IMG/VR virus record: IMGVR_UViG_3300005573_000025
Location: 1-38,338 of that record
Source of the DNA: a virus
Taxonomy: Duplodnaviria > Caudoviricetes
Length of the DNA: 38,338 nucleotides
Reading direction: 5' to 3' (one strand)
How positions within the stretch are numbered: the first letter of the stretch is position 1; each line of letters opens with the position of its first letter. The position numbers and the translations under genes are program-made. Below are positions 9,412 through 18,590 of the stretch, piece after piece. Under the pieces are notes generated by a model. It was given only the letters and a program-made list of their open reading frames with translations, searched no databases and was not told the origin of the DNA.

Positions 9412-9615
9412 TTACTCTCTTCTGCTTCTTCTTGAAGTTCTTTTCTTTTTCCTTTTTGTCCTTCCTGCATAGTGCCTTAATTTCTCTTCAGACATAGATT
9501 CAGCCATCCTTGTAGCTTCAGGAGAATATGATCTCGGAGTATAACCACGCTTTATAGACAAAGCTATTCCTGCTAATTTTCTTTGTCTCTCTGATCTTGC
9601 GGGAATGGTTATCAC
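9412..9615 (-). CDS. Small Arg/Lys-rich protein (PARSERQRK motif)
   Basis: Highly basic tail RTKRKKKRTSRRSRRE; true start possibly ATT at 9606. Confidence 0.65.
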   Translation of the reverse strand: MITIPARSERQRKLAGIALSIKRGYTPRSYSPEATRMAESMSEEKLRHYAGRTKRKKKRTSRRSRRE

Positions 9616-9806
9616 CTCCTTATTGCATTTTCAATATGTTCAAGCCTTTTATTAATTATTCTAAAATTCGCTCTCGTTTCCTCAACGAAAAGCTTGAATG
9701 CTTCCTCGGAGGCTTTTTTATTCCCCTTAATTCCATTTAAAAGAAGGTTACCTAAAACAATCCCCGCCACAGCTACTGCAACACCGCCAACGAAACTGTA
9801 GTCCAT
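9612..9806 (-). CDS. Small membrane-anchored coiled-coil protein
   Basis: N-terminal TM helix; GGAGG SD. Confidence 0.6.
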   Translation of the reverse strand: MDYSFVGGVAVAVAGIVLGNLLLNGIKGNKKASEEAFKLFVEETRANFRIINKRLEHIENAIRR

Positions 9807-9821
9807 TGCAAGCCTCCAGAA

Positions 9822-10097
9822 TTAAGTTCTATTAACTGCTTCCGCGGTAAGAGAAGCAGTAGTAGCATCTGCTGCTGAAATAGTTGGAGCTGCTGCTGTC
9901 GTTGCGTTCTGGGTATATGACGCTGCTGTATTTTCAGTATGAGTATGAGCACTCATATCTGTTTTAAGTTCATTTACAAGAGTAACCATCGCATTATATT
10001 TTGTGATTAAATTATCCAAATCAATCCTCAATGTATTATATTGCACTCTTAGTGTTTCAAGTAAGTTTGAAGGGCAATCCCCCTTAACATCTATCAT
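9822..10097 (-). CDS. Hypothetical virion protein
   Basis: Coiled coil, HTH-T motif and Ala/Thr-rich tail; AGGAGGTG SD. Confidence 0.55.
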   Translation of the reverse strand: MIDVKGDCPSNLLETLRVQYNTLRIDLDNLITKYNAMVTLVNELKTDMSAHTHTENTAASYTQNATTAAAPTISAADATTASLTAEAVNRT

Positions 10098-10109
10098 TTT
10101 CTCACCTCC

Positions 10110-10592
10110 TTAAACTGTTCTACCTGCTGGTATTTCTGGAGTTGCTCCAGCCGTAGGTGGTGGTGCTGGTGCTCCTACTACTGGTGAAACTTCTGGAGTT
10201 GGTGCTGGTGATGGAGTCGCCATAGCTCCCGGTCTTCCAATAGAAGAAAGAAGAGCCATAATATTTCCTTCTGCTTCTTTCATCTTTTCTGTTGGAACTA
10301 CTTTCTTCAATGTGCTTATGGCTCTAATTACCCCATCTCCTTTTTCAGAAGTTCCATAAAGAGAAACCGCTTGAGTAAGCAACATCAAAGCACCTGTAAC
10401 CATAGTATCGGCAAGAGCTTCTATCCCCCCAAGCTCAGCAGGTCTACCCATTTCAGCCATTGGTGGTTTCGTCTCTTGTCCCCCGATTCCACCCACAGGT
10501 GGAGGAGGCAAATTAACCCCTAACTGGTCTAAAATACTTCTTTCTGGCATATCAGCCTCCTTTTTAGACAATGGTTGACCAAGTTGAACCAT
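10110..10592 (-). CDS. Pro/Gly-rich hypothetical protein (start probably MPERS at 10550)
   Basis: AGGAGG SD precedes the internal ATG; operon position. Confidence 0.6.
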   Translation of the reverse strand: MVQLGQPLSKKEADMPERSILDQLGVNLPPPPVGGIGGQETKPPMAEMGRPAELGGIEALADTMVTGALMLLTQAVSLYGTSEKGDGVIRAISTLKKVVPTEKMKEAEGNIMALLSSIGRPGAMATPSPAPTPEVSPVVGAPAPPPTAGATPEIPAGRTV

Positions 10593-10869
10593 TGCTTAAA
10601 AGCATTTTCTTACCATATTGTGCAGTAATATTTACAGACGAAGCTCCATCAATTGTATCTCCTGAAGCAGCAGTTACAACAGTATAACCAGTTGCAGAAT
10701 CAACTTTTTGGATATAAACTACTTTTCCTTTAACCTGAGAAGCTTTTGGTAAGGTCACTGTCTTATTTGACGTTCCACCTACAGTATGTAAGATACAATT
10801 ATCATCAAGTGTCATTGTATAATCTCCGCTTACTGACCTTGGAGAAAAAACTGCAAATCTTCCAAACAT
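10564..10869 (-). CDS. Small virion beta-domain protein (fibre/decoration-type domain)
   Basis: TVTLPKAS..GKVVYIQKVD..GDTIDG..SNGSTW pattern common in phage fibre domains. Confidence 0.6.
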   Translation of the reverse strand: MFGRFAVFSPRSVSGDYTMTLDDNCILHTVGGTSNKTVTLPKASQVKGKVVYIQKVDSATGYTVVTAASGDTIDGASSVNITAQYGKKMLLSNGSTWSTIV

Positions 10870-10915
10870 TATTTTTTACCTCCTTTTTTTAATTTTCCCT
10901 TTATAAGGGATCTAT

Positions 10916-11066
10916 TAGACCGAAGGGTAGAGAAATTAGCTAACTAATCCCATTAGTTAAATTCTTTTAGCTCTTCGTCTGGCCCTTCGGCCTACTCTCT
11001 TCTTTCTTGCCATTTAATACTCCTTTCTTTGAAATTAGTTAGCGTTTCTCTACCCTTCCTGGTCTA
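10916..11066. repeat. Long imperfect inverted repeat (10916-10948 / 11034-11066) enclosing the micropeptide gene
   Basis: The arms pair as 6+14+10 bp helices. Confidence 0.85.
10957..11013 (-). CDS. Protamine-like micropeptide MARKKRVGRRARRRAKRI (18 aa)
   Basis: AAGGAG SD 6 nt before ATG; 11 of 18 residues are R/K; inside the head operon. Confidence 0.65.
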   Translation of the reverse strand: MARKKRVGRRARRRAKRI

Positions 11067-11093
11067 TAATACCTGTAATATATTCTAAACCTT

Positions 11094-12656
11094 TTAGGTC
11101 TCTTCCTTGCCCTTCTGGGTCTCCTTCTCATAACCCAACTCCATAGCCTTAACTTTCAGAAACTGCTTTATCTTATCTTTTTCAGGTAAAGGTAAAATAT
11201 CTACAATAACCTCCGCTGGAATGAAATCCGCTTTTGCCAATTCTAATAACATATCTTGATAGAAAGTTGCAACTATTGGAGATGAAGTATGAGCAAAAAC
11301 ATCAACCCTGAAAGGAACTCCAGAAATCGTAGCATACTTTTCAAGTATTTTTGTCTTAATATTAGCAAACATTGTCATCATTGTTTCAATAAAACATTCA
11401 GCCCTTAAAGCCTTCTTCTTTAAAGGTGCAGAAGCAAATTGAGCAAGTATTGAAGCATAAGAACCAGACCGAACATTAGGTAGTGGTTTACCCCCTAATA
11501 TTCCCATTATACCACTTAATTCCTTAAAAGATGTCTCCCAATATTGAAGTGAATTATAAAGAATTTCAGGGGTTAGTTTAGGAAGATAAAAGTCAATTTT
11601 CGATGTAGGATCAATAATTTCAATAACTTCACGAGGTGTATCTAATTTTTTTCTGATTTCCTGTGCCTCAATAGAACCTGTCAATCCACTTACAATCATT
11701 GGAGGTTCTGAAAGCATTTTTTCATTATGTTCAATTTTGTCAATTTGTCCCTTAAGCTTATCCTGTATCGGATAAAGAAAGTGAATTTCTGAAAGTCCAA
11801 AAAAGTATCCTTCAATTGGGTTAGGAACGCAGTGGATAATAGGATGGACTTTTGGTATGAATGGGTTTTTAGATTTTATTATCTTATTACCAATGAATTG
11901 AACCATTAAATAATCATTAATTGAATCGTCCCACAACCACATTTCATAAAGTTCAACATATTTTCCTACTTGCTTGGGAGTTGGGGGCATATCTCTTTCA
12001 AGTGCCCACATATCTTCTTGAGTCGGAACTTGTCCCTTTGTTTGGGAATAAACAAGGGCAACGAACCTTGATTCGGGTCTAACTGGAGCAGATACTTCCT
12101 TCATCTCTATCAGTAAATCTTCTCCATATCTCTTAATCGCTATATGCTTTGGAATCCTCGTAACATGAAGGATAATTTGGTTTTTATCTAAATCTAAATA
12201 ATCTTCATAAAGAACACAAATATCATAGGGAGAAACTTTTTTAATTCTTATTTCATTATCTGAATTGATAAAGAATTTACAAAAGTATGCACCATAAACT
12301 AATCCCCAGAAGAAAATATCATAGAGCTGAATATCAAGGGCTTCATTAATAAAATCTTCATAAATTTCAGTTTTTAGTTTGCCAAACTTTTCAATCATAT
12401 CCTTTGTAATTTTTTCTTTATCTAACTGAATGACTGTATCAAAGATAATATTATCGGGAAAGTAAATTAAAGAAACAATGTCTTCGAGGTGTTTAAAGAG
12501 TGGGTTTTTGAGATTATTTCTTAAAACCTTCTCCCCATAGGTATCATAAATTTTACGTCTTTCTTCAAGACCAGAAAGACAGTCATCTTTAATTTGTTTT
12601 AATTCTTGGTCTGAATACGAAATTTGTTTTATTTCTTCTTTTTGTTTCTTAGGCAT
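11094..12656 (-). CDS. Portal protein
   Basis: 520 aa; WGLVYGAYF, KKVSPYDI, HPII..P..GYFFGLSEI..L.PIQ, ELSGI..ILGG pattern of P22-like portals. Confidence 0.85.
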   Translation of the reverse strand: MPKKQKEEIKQISYSDQELKQIKDDCLSGLEERRKIYDTYGEKVLRNNLKNPLFKHLEDIVSLIYFPDNIIFDTVIQLDKEKITKDMIEKFGKLKTEIYEDFINEALDIQLYDIFFWGLVYGAYFCKFFINSDNEIRIKKVSPYDICVLYEDYLDLDKNQIILHVTRIPKHIAIKRYGEDLLIEMKEVSAPVRPESRFVALVYSQTKGQVPTQEDMWALERDMPPTPKQVGKYVELYEMWLWDDSINDYLMVQFIGNKIIKSKNPFIPKVHPIIHCVPNPIEGYFFGLSEIHFLYPIQDKLKGQIDKIEHNEKMLSEPPMIVSGLTGSIEAQEIRKKLDTPREVIEIIDPTSKIDFYLPKLTPEILYNSLQYWETSFKELSGIMGILGGKPLPNVRSGSYASILAQFASAPLKKKALRAECFIETMMTMFANIKTKILEKYATISGVPFRVDVFAHTSSPIVATFYQDMLLELAKADFIPAEVIVDILPLPEKDKIKQFLKVKAMELGYEKETQKGKEET

Positions 12657-12665
12657 TTTAATCTT

Positions 12666-13637
12666 TTATTCCAATTTTTTAAACAATTCTTTATTTTGAT
12701 TTAGAAATTCTGATGTATACTTACACATTTTATCTTCATTAAATAAATGTGGATTAGTCATTTGATCAAGTTGGGCTTTCTTTTTAGCAAAATATTCTTT
12801 TCCATTTTTATCAAAAAATCGAATACTATTTATATTATTTTTCTCAGTAATATGAAAAGCTTTTATATTATCTTCTTCATCATAATATACTTCAATAATT
12901 TGCTCAGAAGAAGAATGATAAGTATATTGACCATACCAAGTTTGTGCCGAACCACCATTATTATAAGCATTTAAAATAAAAGCATAACTAGTTCCAAGTC
13001 CTGGTTGGTTTGCAAAAGGAAATAAACTATTTCCAAGAAGCGATGTTTTTTGTTGAGGCCAATGAGAATATTCTACAAGGTTAATACTTGCGTAACTTGA
13101 AGGATCAACATTCACTGACCAACTTCCTGTTGAAAATTTTAACCAACCTACCTGTAATTTACCATTGGAGTCAGCAACTGCACACACATTTGCTTGAGGA
13201 GTTTGTGAAGCATGAAAATTATCTATAGTATCAGAATTGACAGCTTGAGGCACTGAACCTGTTACATTAATTGTAACATCAATTTCGTTATCAACCCCAT
13301 CATCTGCAATCGTTAAGCCAATATTAGAACCTTCAATAAAATTAAGTCTTCGTCTTTGCCCAATATTAGATCCAGTATTTTTTCTAACAATAAGGCCTGC
13401 ATAAGAATTAACCCATCCTGTTCCATCCCAAATTTTGAAATCGTTTGGACTTACAGAAGTATCAAGCCAGAAACAATATTTTGTTGTATCTGTAGGAGCA
13501 CTTGTTCCGACCCAAGTTCTCTCTAAAACATAATTAAAGTTATCATCCAATGCCGAAGCAGGAATAATGTAATTCCCTTGGGCATCCTTTTGATATTGAG
13601 TTAAATTTAATGTTGCAAATATATAAGGTAATCCCAT
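12666..13637 (-). CDS. Tail fibre / tailspike-like protein
   Basis: LDDNFNY, VGTSAPTD..WLDTS..KIWDGTGW, LNFIEG and DTIDNFHAS fibre motifs. Confidence 0.7.
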   Translation of the reverse strand: MGLPYIFATLNLTQYQKDAQGNYIIPASALDDNFNYVLERTWVGTSAPTDTTKYCFWLDTSVSPNDFKIWDGTGWVNSYAGLIVRKNTGSNIGQRRRLNFIEGSNIGLTIADDGVDNEIDVTINVTGSVPQAVNSDTIDNFHASQTPQANVCAVADSNGKLQVGWLKFSTGSWSVNVDPSSYASINLVEYSHWPQQKTSLLGNSLFPFANQPGLGTSYAFILNAYNNGGSAQTWYGQYTYHSSSEQIIEVYYDEEDNIKAFHITEKNNINSIRFFDKNGKEYFAKKKAQLDQMTNPHLFNEDKMCKYTSEFLNQNKELFKKLE

Positions 13638-13639
13638 AG

Positions 13640-13975
13640 CTACACCTTCCTTATGTTACCTTTTTCGTCGATGGCCGTCAATGGCCCAACTTTTTTAAGT
13701 AAATCTTTCGTCGATTGACTTATCTCTTTATAATCCCGAATCATATTCATTGTTTTCTCAATGTTTGCAAACTCTTCAAAATTTCTAATCTCAAAACTTT
13801 TAACTCCATGAAGGCCACTTTCTCTTAATCTTTCTTCCAGTTCCTTTTTTTGCCTTCTTGACTCTTTGATAATATCGTCGTAGTGTTTTTTTACACTACT
13901 AACTCTTTCCCCAACTTCATCAATAAATTTCTGATTGATTTGTTTCTTTTTATAATCCTTAATAATTGCTACCAT
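13640..13975 (-). CDS. Hypothetical protein
   Basis: Tightly packed ORF. Confidence 0.55.
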   Translation of the reverse strand: MVAIIKDYKKKQINQKFIDEVGERVSSVKKHYDDIIKESRRQKKELEERLRESGLHGVKSFEIRNFEEFANIEKTMNMIRDYKEISQSTKDLLKKVGPLTAIDEKGNIRKV

Positions 13976-13976
13976 T

Positions 13977-14198
13977 TTAACCCACCTTTAAAATTTTTTC
14001 ATTAAGAATTGACCATCCATAAAATCCAGCCCGAATAACTGGAGCAAATAAATGACCAACAAAACTAAGTATACCAAAAATGTAAGAGGAAGGTGAAGGA
14101 GCTGTTTCAAGCAAACCCCACGAGCAGTAGTAAGCAGCACGCTCTTCGGAAGTTGTAGCACCATAGAACCAATATCCTGCGAAAGGTAAGTAGTTCAT
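13977..14198 (-). CDS. Hypothetical protein
   Basis: 4-nt overlap with the upstream gene. Confidence 0.5.
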   Translation of the reverse strand: MNYLPFAGYWFYGATTSEERAAYYCSWGLLETAPSPSSYIFGILSFVGHLFAPVIRAGFYGWSILNEKILKVG

Positions 14199-14536
14199 TT
14201 TTTACCAAACAACCTTTTATACCAAGGTTTAGCCTGTTGAGCTTTGTATTCGTCTATTGCCTGCTTTTTAATATTTGCAACGAAATCTTCCATCCGTTTA
14301 ATCATCAACGTTAATTCTTCTGTTCTAATCTTTTTTGCTTCGTTAAGTAAATATTGGTCAAGTTCAAAGCCGTTCTGAGGAGTAAATTCACCTCTTTCGA
14401 TAGCAGAGTAAGTTGCAATCATTGCTTGTTCGATTTGATGTTGAGCAAATCCTTGTTTCTGTAGCCATCTAATCTGACCTTCTACGCTCGGCGAATCATC
14501 GTCTTTAAATCTCTCGTGGATAGCTTTAAAGTCCAT
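14195..14536 (-). CDS. Hypothetical protein
   Basis: AAGGAG SD; amphipathic C-terminus KPWYKRLFGKK. Confidence 0.6.
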   Translation of the reverse strand: MDFKAIHERFKDDDSPSVEGQIRWLQKQGFAQHQIEQAMIATYSAIERGEFTPQNGFELDQYLLNEAKKIRTEELTLMIKRMEDFVANIKKQAIDEYKAQQAKPWYKRLFGKK

Positions 14537-14546
14537 AGTTTTCTCC

Positions 14547-15503
14547 TTATACCCAACTTAACTCATTTCTCGTTGTTGTGCCACTGGAACTTGTAACTGA
14601 GCCAGTAGCAATTGTGCTTCCACCTCCAAGGCTAAGAAGGGTGACTGCACCAGTTGATTCGTTTACAGTCATTTTGTTGTTAATCATTTCGTAAGCTCGT
14701 TGCATTAGAGTTTCGAAACTTAATCCAAGCGAACCTGTTGCGTCCCAAATAGCGTCAATGCCACTTGAGGACAATGAATAGCCAGTCTTATCTCCTACCT
14801 GTAATGCGTTAGCGTCTACTCGATTAGCGACTGTAAACGAAAGTTGGTCTGTTTTAGCTTTGATGGCAGCAATATTACCTCCTGATTCTGGAGCTCTAGA
14901 ACTTATAGCCACATCAATATAACCTGCTTTCGTATCAGTCCAAACTGTGTTGCTAAGTGCTGTTGAAGCAGAAGCACGAGAGGAAATAGTGGCATCCAGA
15001 TTATCTAACTTGGCAGCACGAGCAGAAGTGTAATCAGTAGCAGAAGCTCTTGAAGAAACTGCTACGTCTAATTGTGCACCAAGGTCTCTTGCAGTCTGGG
15101 AAGTTCCAGCAACATGAGTTACGTTGGCATCCACTTTGTTAGTCACTGTAAAAGTTAGCTGGTCTGTTTTAGCTTTTACATCAGAAACTCTGGCGTCAAG
15201 ATTAGTATTAATAGTTGGATACGAATCTCCACTTTGAGGATAATTTGTGTAGACCTGAACAGTTACTGATACTGCTGCTGAATTTACAAATGTAAAAGCA
15301 ACATGATTGTAATTTGTCTCTGCTTGTGTTGGAGCATAAGTCCAGAAACCATTGCCCTTGTGAGTTACTGTTCCAGAACCCGAAGCTTGAGTGCCGTTGT
15401 CTCCAGTAACATAAACTGTAGTCGTTCCAGTCGTTACATCAGAACCATCTGTCTTCGATATAAGGTGTGCTCCAATAACTTGTCCAGCAACATTCTTTTT
15501 CAT
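14547..15503 (-). CDS. Virion fibre protein with internal repeats
   Basis: Thr/Ser/Ala-rich; KAKTDQLxFTVxNxVDAN twice and (L/I)DxxxSSRA three times. Confidence 0.7.
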   Translation of the reverse strand: MKKNVAGQVIGAHLISKTDGSDVTTGTTTVYVTGDNGTQASGSGTVTHKGNGFWTYAPTQAETNYNHVAFTFVNSAAVSVTVQVYTNYPQSGDSYPTINTNLDARVSDVKAKTDQLTFTVTNKVDANVTHVAGTSQTARDLGAQLDVAVSSRASATDYTSARAAKLDNLDATISSRASASTALSNTVWTDTKAGYIDVAISSRAPESGGNIAAIKAKTDQLSFTVANRVDANALQVGDKTGYSLSSSGIDAIWDATGSLGLSFETLMQRAYEMINNKMTVNESTGAVTLLSLGGGSTIATGSVTSSSGTTTRNELSWV

Positions 15504-16336
15504 AATTGACTTCCTTGTATTAAAACATTGGTGTTATGAGACCAAAATGGTTTAAAAGCTGAGGGTGCTTCTACTGACATAAACCAAAATTTTCTTATTG
15601 TGTCATAAATTATACCAGCGAAAGGTTCTTCGTAAAGCCATAGAATTTCTTGAGGAGATAAAGCTCGGTTGTAAATACGGACATGGTCAATTATTCCATT
15701 AAATACTGTTGCGTAATTATCTCCTCTTGCACCAATTTTAAGTGTAACTGTAGAAGAAAGAGGAGTTAATGAAGCAGTGGTATTTATTCCATCTTGTTTA
15801 CCATTAACATAAATTATTAAAGTGGTTGTATTTGAATTGAATGTTCCTGCAATTTGATACCAAGTATTTGCATTTATAACAGTCCCGCCCGTAACTGAGT
15901 CCCAAGCAGTATTACTTACATGACCTGCAACAGCATAATTGGCATTTGATACTCTTATAAGATACCCTCCATAACCACTAGCCCAATTATATTTTTCAAC
16001 CAAACTATGTTGAGTATTAATAGCAGCTCTTTTACATACCGCCAGTAATGTCCATTTTTCAACTAGGTCTATTTCTGCATGATGAGGAACTTTAACATAA
16101 TCGTCAATTCCATCTAATCCGACACCTATTCCAGTTTTTCCATGTGTCCAATAAGCTCCATTAGTTAAAATTCCATAATTCCCAACACTACCAATATCAT
16201 AAACTGTTAAACCACTCCCTTCATTAAATAACCAAAGCCCAACCAATCCTTCCGATAAAGAATGGTTAGAGTCAACTCTTGGTCTCCACTCATATTTGGG
16301 CTTAAATTGCCTATAATAACTATACGACTTGAGCAT
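15500..16336 (-). CDS. LamG / concanavalin A-like domain virion protein
   Basis: GLVGLWLFNEGSG, LDGIDDYV, IYVNG, FNGIIDHVRIYNRALSPQEI. Confidence 0.9.
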   Translation of the reverse strand: MLKSYSYYRQFKPKYEWRPRVDSNHSLSEGLVGLWLFNEGSGLTVYDIGSVGNYGILTNGAYWTHGKTGIGVGLDGIDDYVKVPHHAEIDLVEKWTLLAVCKRAAINTQHSLVEKYNWASGYGGYLIRVSNANYAVAGHVSNTAWDSVTGGTVINANTWYQIAGTFNSNTTTLIIYVNGKQDGINTTASLTPLSSTVTLKIGARGDNYATVFNGIIDHVRIYNRALSPQEILWLYEEPFAGIIYDTIRKFWFMSVEAPSAFKPFWSHNTNVLIQGSQL

Positions 16337-16760
16337 AATGTCTACTGTATTTTAAAGTGTTGCCAGTTGCGGCAAGAGCTGCTCCACTCTTATTTTGAAC
16401 TACCAACTTAAACTTAAGTGGTGGAATTGGTATATCAGCAATTATAATTCTACTTGCTTGTGCTACGCCTGCTTCTAAAGGAAAAATAGCGTCAGGAGGT
16501 TTGTCTCCACTACTACCGTTAGGAGTCTTTTCATAATTTGTTCCATCCAAACATAGCACTAACCAACATGCTACATAAGGAGAACCAGCACCAGGAGCGA
16601 AACTTGCCAGATATAGTTCCAAACTCATCCAGGGATACAAACCAGTAGTATTGTCTATTTCTGCACTAAGGGAAGAAAAAGTATTATTTGCCAGAGAATT
16701 TAACTCTGTGCTTAATGCTGTTACAAGAGTTTCACCTGCTACCCACTTTAGATTTGCCAT
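16320..16760 (-). CDS. Hypothetical virion beta-sandwich protein
   Basis: DGTNYE and PPLKFKLVVQNKSGAAL; adjacent to the LamG gene. Confidence 0.55.
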   Translation of the reverse strand: MANLKWVAGETLVTALSTELNSLANNTFSSLSAEIDNTTGLYPWMSLELYLASFAPGAGSPYVACWLVLCLDGTNYEKTPNGSSGDKPPDAIFPLEAGVAQASRIIIADIPIPPLKFKLVVQNKSGAALAATGNTLKYSRHYAQVV

Positions 16761-16761
16761 A

Positions 16762-17184
16762 CTATACCCTCCTTGCCCTTGCTACATCATCCCACGTTAC
16801 TACTGTGCCAGCACCGAATAATTCCTCTGCCCTGCTACCATTTCTCTTAAGTAAGGCTAATAAATTATTCCTCGTTGTAGTCCCAGAAGCAAAAGCCTTT
16901 TGAAATGCTAAACGAGTATTCTCACCCTTAACATTAACCTGCTCCATTGACAGAATAAGTTGCATTCTTTGCTTCTCGGCAGTTGTCAATGCATCCCACT
17001 CAGTTGGTACAATGGCTTCAAAAATTTCGTAAGTCGGAACAATGTCTCTATCAATCCAAATATCTGACCTTACTTCATTGATAAGTTCTGCAAGTTTCCA
17101 ATCCTGACCGTTATCCCAATATGTCCTATAACCATAGCCTTTAGGGTCAGTCAAAAATTCATTCTTCAAAACAACATAATCCAT
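16762..17184 (-). CDS. Hypothetical virion-module protein
   Basis: AGGAGG SD; LKNEFLTDP and SRAEELFG motifs. Confidence 0.6.
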   Translation of the reverse strand: MDYVVLKNEFLTDPKGYGYRTYWDNGQDWKLAELINEVRSDIWIDRDIVPTYEIFEAIVPTEWDALTTAEKQRMQLILSMEQVNVKGENTRLAFQKAFASGTTTRNNLLALLKRNGSRAEELFGAGTVVTWDDVARARRV

Positions 17185-17193
17185 AAATGCCTC

Positions 17194-17535
17194 CTACTTA
17201 CTGAGTTTCAAACCTCCTGGGGGAGCAACCGCCGACGGTCGTTCGAAAGCGAAAGGGACTTCATCACTACACCAAGGAATCCCGTTAGCGTCTTCTTTAC
17301 AAGCTTTTACAGTCAAACTATGGCTTCCCGAAGAAACAAACCCCACATCAAATTTTAACTGCTTAGAACCATCTGGATTACTAAACGCAGAACTGCTGTA
17401 TGTTTTTCCATCAAGAACTATAATAAAGTAATCAGGTTGAGTCTGTGTCGATGGATAAGGGTCACAGACAAGGAAAGGTGAGGCAAACGCTACACTTGGA
17501 AATAACACTAACACAAGCAATAATATCTTTTTCAT
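17194..17535 (-). CDS. Secreted small beta-sandwich (Fn3/Ig-like) protein
   Basis: Sec signal peptide MKKILLLVLVLFPSVAFA; GSHSLTVKAC Fn3-like strand. Confidence 0.65.
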   Translation of the reverse strand: MKKILLLVLVLFPSVAFASPFLVCDPYPSTQTQPDYFIIVLDGKTYSSSAFSNPDGSKQLKFDVGFVSSGSHSLTVKACKEDANGIPWCSDEVPFAFERPSAVAPPGGLKLSK

Positions 17536-18425
17536 TGGTATTCTCCTTGTCCTGTTTCAATACTAACAATCCTATCCGCCATCCACTTGGGCATTGGTTT
17601 CTTGACGTAAGGCTCTGGGATGACGATTGCGTCTTTTTGCTTTACTAACTCCGCTTTCTTTTCTTCGTCCTCTTCAAGGGCAATCCTTTGTTCGAGGTCT
17701 GTGATTTGTGCGAAGACTCGTTGTCTTTCTTCCTCTCGTGCAAGTCTCTGAGCTTCTTGGTCTTCGTCCCAATCTCGTCTCTCAATGTCTTCTACAAACA
17801 TAAACTTCTTGCCTGTAAGTTTTTCGACCTCCGCAACCAATCCAGCGAGGTCAACATTAATTCGCTTACCTAAGTATTCGTTCTCAGCTCGGTAAGCCCA
17901 GGGGAATGGACGGTCTTCGACGGGGAGAGTGTCAAGAAAATCCGTTGGGTGGGGAGAGAGTTGGGTTTTGTTGCCTGCTTCGTCCATAACAAAGAGTTCT
18001 GCAGAATTAGAAACATCCTTGCTAAACAGACTTACCTGACCATCTACACCGCCAACTGGTTCTGTGCCGTTGGCAATAGATAAAACTTTTGATCCAACTG
18101 TGGATGAGCCACCTGGAGTAGTCGTCCCGATGCCGACGTTGCCGCCGCTTCTTGTCTGAAGATTCAATGTAGAAGCGTCAATTCTAGCCGGTTTATACCC
18201 AGCATTATAGAAAACTAAGTCAGAATAACTGGCATCGTTTGTCCCAGGTTCGAGAAATACTCCTTGTGTACCATAATGTGAACGGATTGCATCATCTGCT
18301 CTTATATCCCCACTCACATGTAATTTCGCTCCTGGGCTCGTCATCCCGATGCCGACGTTGCCACCCTTGACTATTAATGGCCAAGGCAACGCCCCAATCA
18401 ACATGTGGTCATTTATCATTCCCAT
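17532..18425 (-). CDS. Tail-fibre-like protein with GNVGIG repeats and charged C-terminal domain
   Basis: GGNVGIGMTSPGAKLHVSG and GGNVGIGTTTP repeats. Confidence 0.7.
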   Translation of the reverse strand: MGMINDHMLIGALPWPLIVKGGNVGIGMTSPGAKLHVSGDIRADDAIRSHYGTQGVFLEPGTNDASYSDLVFYNAGYKPARIDASTLNLQTRSGGNVGIGTTTPGGSSTVGSKVLSIANGTEPVGGVDGQVSLFSKDVSNSAELFVMDEAGNKTQLSPHPTDFLDTLPVEDRPFPWAYRAENEYLGKRINVDLAGLVAEVEKLTGKKFMFVEDIERRDWDEDQEAQRLAREEERQRVFAQITDLEQRIALEEDEEKKAELVKQKDAIVIPEPYVKKPMPKWMADRIVSIETGQGEYQ

Positions 18426-18588
18426 TTTTCGTCACCTCACTATACTTATCTTTCATCTGACTCACAAACTCCTCAAAGTTATGTTGGGCAATGAAGAGTC
18501 GGAGTTGGCAATTTTCGAGTTGGAGAGATAAGTTGTTGTAACGCAACCTTTCCTCCTCAGTAAGCTTGTTAAATAGCTCCTGCTCCAT
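18409..18588 (-). CDS. Small coiled-coil protein (59 aa, MEQELFNKLT...)
   Basis: Read by hand; GAGGT SD; fills an operon gap. Confidence 0.6.
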   Translation of the reverse strand: MEQELFNKLTEEERLRYNNLSLQLENCQLRLFIAQHNFEEFVSQMKDKYSEVTKNGNDK

Positions 18589-18590
18589 CC

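Noticed and set aside
14547-18425. Diversity-generating retroelement acting on fibre genes
   Set aside because: No reverse transcriptase and no TR/VR pair differing at adenines; the repeats are protein-level motifs.
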